This document shows positions 1-64,000 of a stretch of DNA of 64,000 nucleotides, in pieces. Below the pieces are notes generated by a model. It was not told the origin of the DNA, did not search any database, and saw only the letters and a list, made by a program, of their open reading frames with translations. The stretch is from the human T2T-CHM13v2.0 reference genome, Homo sapiens, in the NCBI RefSeq assembly GCF_009914755.1, contig NC_060936.1. One strand, 5' to 3'. Numbering within the stretch: the stretch's first letter is position 1; each line of letters starts with the position of its first letter. The position numbers and the translations under genes were made by a program.

Positions 1-858
1 ATGACAGCCTAAAGACATAGATTATATATTTCATTTTGTTTCTGGTTAAGTAAAGTGTCCAAATCTCATTTTAGAGCTGAATGATGAGTGATACCCACAA
101 AGTCATGGGCAAAATTTGCAATTTTTCGAATTCCCTTATTTAGCCATCTCATAAGGAGTTGCATACACAATCCCCCTCCTACTAAGGGTATTCCTTGCTA
201 CCATCAACCACACTCCTTTTAGGGATTAATATATTCACACGGTTCTGATTCTCTCAAAAGGTAATGAATGAGAAAATGCTGAGCAAATGAGATTGTTTTT
301 TACCAGTGTGCAGCTCTTCCTAGTACAAATGAAATGTTTTTTCTTATTTTTTGAGCACCTACTCTGTGGCAGGCCCTCCTGTAGGCTCTGGGGATAATAC
401 AAGTTAGTAGTAAAAACTGGTGAGCAATAAGGTGGGGATGTGGGATAGGGCTGCCAGGGTGGGAGCAGGGTTTGAATGCTGATAAACATGCCCCTGCCCA
501 GGGCTCTCATTGGCTCTGTCTCCATGGTGTGATCATCCTTCCCTAGCAATGGGAAGAATCACATCCATGGAGCCCCATCCAGGTTTCCAGGAAGCACAGA
601 ATAGTCCAAGGGTTATTCTAATGGGCACAAATGCTTAAATAGATGTTAGGTTTCTCCTACCTGGGGAACTTACTCTGGATATATTTCATTTTAAATATCC
701 AAATACATCCTGCTTCAAAAAGACAACTTGGCCCAAAGATTTCTAAGGCTGTTACAATAACTGTTTTTCTTTCCTCGGACCACATCACAGTGCCTGAGAT
801 TCTTCCTTGTACTATGGGATTAAAGCGTCAACCGTCCTGGCATTTATTAACATGTTAC

Positions 859-45913
<45,055 letters not shown>

Positions 45914-46483
45914 GGCTCCCACCTCCCACCTGCGGGGAACTAGAGGCCGGGGGACAGCAAAGGCGGCGGTGGCGGCGGCGCTTCCGCTCTAACGGGTCCC
46001 AGCTGCGGCGGCGCTGACGGCGGCGCCTCTCCCCTCAGCGCCTTGCAGCCTTGGCACAGCACGCACGCGCGGGGAGGTGCCCTTCGGCGAGTGTCAGGTC
46101 ATGTGACCGGAAAGGGCACTCTGCCTTGTCGCCATCTTGAGTGAGGGCAGGAGACTGCCCGAGTATCATCTGTCCTACCTTTAAATATTGAATTTGGGTC
46201 TTCTTCTCTGGCAGAGATTCCCCTCGTCCCAACTGATTAATACCAGGGGAAGTAGCAATATCTTGTGATGAGAACCCTGCAGCCACAACCTTCCTGAGGC
46301 AATCAATGGTCAAGTTCATTCATTCATTCCTTGATTCAACAAATGTTTATCAAGCACTTACCATGCTTTATATACTGTCCCAGCCACTGGAGAAACAGCA
46401 GTGAGCAAAGACTGAATTTCTAGTCCTTATGAAGCTTGCATTTTACTGGGGTAAAGTAAAATAAGAATATATTATATGATTCC

Positions 46484-47100
<617 letters not shown>

Positions 47101-48431
47101 AAAAGAATATATTAGATGATTCCTTAGGCTTCAGTTTTAATCTCATGTTCAAAATTAAGATAATGCATTGTTTACTTCTAGTCCACGATTTGTTTTTGTA
47201 TGGCTTGCTACTTAAGAATGATTTTTACATTTTTAAAGGGTTGCGAGATGAAAATGAAGAAGAGAGAGAGGGAAATAAAGAAAAAGAGGAAGAAGAATAT
47301 GCGACAAAACTTGTATGTGACCAGCAAAGTTAAACATTCATTTTGGCTAAGGACAGATGGAATAAATTATGGGAAAAATGTGATACACCTGCTGGATAGT
47401 AACCCCTCAGTAAATAGTAGCTCCCATAATTATGGATATTGCTATTATTTTCTAATTACTGTTTTTCTTCATATGCGTGGAATTTGAGAATAACAATAGC
47501 TAACATGGGATAATTTACAAAATGGTGTGAGATAAACACAATGAAATGAGGTAAATCAGTGTGAAGGAGAAAGGAGATGTGACCCTAATACCAATGACTA
47601 CTTATTGTCTGTCTTACATATAAACACAGCTATGATCTCCATTCAGCAAATATTGAATGCCTGTTGTTAGCCAGGTACTATTTTGGTTTTAGATACTCTG
47701 GTAAGCAAAACGATGTGGTTCCTGTCATTATGGGGTTTTCTGATTAATGAGATAGGGAGATTTTCAATAAACACGGCATGATGAAGAAGAAGGAGAACGT
47801 TAAGTTGCAAAAGGCATCTGAAAGAATGAGAAGTGCTGGAAAAGGCCTCAGAAGCACTGGTCTTGAGTCCATCTCTACAGTGTGATAAATGTGTGATGGA
47901 GAAATAATCACAGAATTCCCACGCATTCCATGGTTAGAGTCTCCGGGTGCCATCCTGGTGCTCCTGCATCCTGTTTTGGTTTAACAACTCACAAATCTTC
48001 TGGGCTCCACATCTGTGGAGAATGGATTAGGTTGGGATTCTTGAACAGCTGTTGTTGCAGGCATCTGAAGAGCTGGATGTGCATACACTCAGAGGGCAGA
48101 GGGAATGTTTTCACAATGCATTAAATAGCTTCATCCAGCTATGTGGTCTAGTTGTAGACAGCTGAGCTGAAGCAGCAGCAGAAAGTTCAAGCCCATGAGT
48201 AGCTAGCTGTAAGTTGATTTGGTTCTTCATTGAGTCAAGGAGGCATAGTGCCTGAAACTCAAAGAATAAACTTCATATTCGCAGACTGTGGTCAAATATG
48301 TATATTATTTATCAGTCCTTTCAGCCATAACCTCAAATCCAAAAAGCTAGCTTAAAAATGACATTCATACATGGACTAAATCACCACCATAGTTAGCTAT
48401 TGAATCATAACCCGGTTCGGAGTTCAAATAG

Positions 48432-48625
48432 AAGCGGTTCTCAACTGAGGACGATTTTTCTCCCCGAGACGACATTTGGCAATATCTGGAGAGACATGTT
48501 TTGGGGAGTGCTACTGGCATTGAGTGGGGAGAAAGACCAGGGCAACTGCTCAGCATCCTACAAGGACCGGACAACCCCCACACAAAAACTGCCCAGTTCA
48601 ATATGTGCCGAGGTTGAGAAATCAT
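48432..48625 (+). mobile_element. MER20 hAT-Charlie element
   Basis: 'gcggttctcaact...gacatttggcaatatctggagagac...gtgctactggcatt...gtgccgaggttgagaaa'. Confidence 0.8.
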
Positions 48626-49377
48626 GAAGTAGAAATATCCCCTTTTATGCAAATACTGTATTTGAAGCCACTTCGCCAGGGTTTAGCGTTCCTCCTTCAA
48701 AAATTGTCCGGTGTTGCCCACTTCCAAAATGGCTTTTGACCCGTCGTGGAAGCATCTGTCCTGCTCCAAAAAGGCTGCAAGGGTGTCGGCAGCTGGAATG
48801 GTTTGGTCCGGGGCTCAGTTGTCACCCCCTGACTTCAGAGCCAATGGAAGAGGCCCAGTTGTGGACCGAACCACATGGGGCTACTGGAGCAGGGGGAAAG
48901 AAGCTGGGGACAGGTAGACGGAACTTTCCGCGTGGAGATCTTTGGCCAAGAGAATGAGCCTCAGCTCTGTTCTGTGGGCTGCACTGAGTTTCTCGGTGTG
49001 AGCTGGAGGTGGGTGCAATGGCGCGGACCCCGGACCCGGTGCCCAAGGTCGCCTATCCCCGCCGCGGCATGCGGTGGTTCGCTCTCCGCACTTCCCTGTT
49101 TGGGGCAGTTAGGTCCGCAGAAGTCTGTCCGCGAGCTGTCAGCGCGGGCGGGAACGCCGCGGGGCGCGGGGTGGGCGCGGCCGACCTGGTCCCTGAGCCG
49201 GCCGGCGACCCCGGACCTCCCGCGCGCCCCGCACCCGACCGGCTCAGCCGGCCGGCAGCGTAACACGCCCTACGCTCGCTTGCTCGCCGGCCTCAGGGCA
49301 GGCAGGCGGGCGCGGGAGACCCCGCCGGGGCCGAGACTTGGGGCGGGCGACGAGGACCAGGTTACGGCCTCCTCGCC

Positions 49378-62938
<13,561 letters not shown>

Positions 62939-64000
62939 GTATCCATGAAAATGTGGCCAGGCCATAATCTGAGCTAAATGCTGATACAATTACTGGAGAC
63001 ACAGTTTGACATCCTTGTGTGCCTTCCTAAAGAGTTTTCTGATTCGTGAATATGAAATACTCAATACCAATCACATTATTCCTTGCCCTTCTAATTTGTG
63101 GAAATGTGAGTTCTTTTACAAATTACACTTCTAAGTCACTGGGCTTACCCTTTTAAGTACTATTTAAAAATTATAATTGAGCCAGGTGTAGTGGCTCATG
63201 CCTATATTCCCACCACTTTGGGAGGCTGAGGCAGGAGGATTTGCTGAAGCCCAGGAGTTTGAGACCAGCCTGGGCAACAAACAAAGCAAGACTCTGTCTC
63301 TAAAAAAAAATTAGCAGGGCATGGTAGTGCATACCTGTAGTCTGAGCTACTTGGGAGGCTGAGGTAGGATGATCGCTTGAACCCAGAAGGTTGAGGCTGC
63401 AGTGAGCCACCCCTGAGTGAGGGTGCAGTGATCGCACCCCTGCACTCCAGTCTGGGTGACAGAGCAAGACCTAAAATAATAATAAATATAATAATATAAT
63501 AATAAATGATAATAAAGTAAAAATTAGAACTTAAGGAAAATGGACATCAAACAGTTAATTTGTTTAGGTGCCTGTTTTCTTGAAAGTAGCCTCCTGAGCA
63601 TCTGTAATCTTAGGAAAGTTGTGATAGGTATCACTTACTATGCAGGGATTTTCAGATTCTGTTAAGGCTCAGAGGTCTGTGTGTAACTTCTCCTTGCCAG
63701 GCTTGTCACTTCAGCTATTAGTATTTCGAGACCTTTAGTCCATTGCCCTGATTCATTTATAGAGAAAAATTAATAGCTCTATCGAGAAAAGGAACAACTT
63801 TATTATAAATAAGACAGTCAGCTGGGTGTGGTGGCTCACGCCTATAATGCCAGCACTTTGGGAGGCTGAGGTGGGTGGATCACGAGGTCAGGAGACCGAG
63901 ACCATCCTGACTAACACGGTGAAACCCCATCTCTACTAAAAATACAAAAAATTAGCCGGGTGTGGTGGCGGGCGCCTGTAGTCCCAGCTACTCAGGAGGC

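Noticed and set aside
235-549. Minus-strand ORF starting LLGKDD, similar to the GIT2-short C-terminus as I recall it (LLGKDAN)
   Set aside because: No AG acceptor directly before the TTG and the peptide diverges after five residues; likely coincidence, with the real terminal exon outside the window

Overview
Mammalian (human-like, Alu-rich primate) genomic DNA carrying two divergently transcribed protein-coding genes. Minus strand: coding exons 1-14 of GIT2 (ARF-GAP; ATG at 45913, spliced codons 1-464, continuing past the left edge). Plus strand: coding exons 1-3 of ANKRD13A (ATG at 49378, codons 1-118, continuing past the right edge). I rebuilt the exons by hand from splice sites and reading-frame continuity. 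Each gene has its own CpG island, about 3 kb apart. The rest is intron filled with roughly 75-80 Alu copies or fragments (counted by eye), two long Alu-interrupted old L1s, an MST-type solo LTR, MER82/MER58/MER20/MER5/MADE1 DNA-transposon fossils, MIR and L2. Nearly all ORFs in the supplied track are Alu/L1 artefacts. I see no wholly new biological system. The best leads are: a 6-nt candidate microexon plus a NAGNAG acceptor at the position of the GIT1 microexon; a GC-AG intron; a MIR-derived antisense exon inside ANKRD13A intron 1 that could splice to GIT2; an apparent gene-conversion tract between two inverted Alus bracketing a perfect 36-bp duplication; a zero-spacer fold-back Alu junction fused to an end-less L1 fragment; and a head-to-head GIT/ANKRD13 arrangement matching the paralogous GIT1-ANKRD13B pair. 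Repeat subfamily names and gene identities come from recalled consensus and protein sequences, not from a database search.
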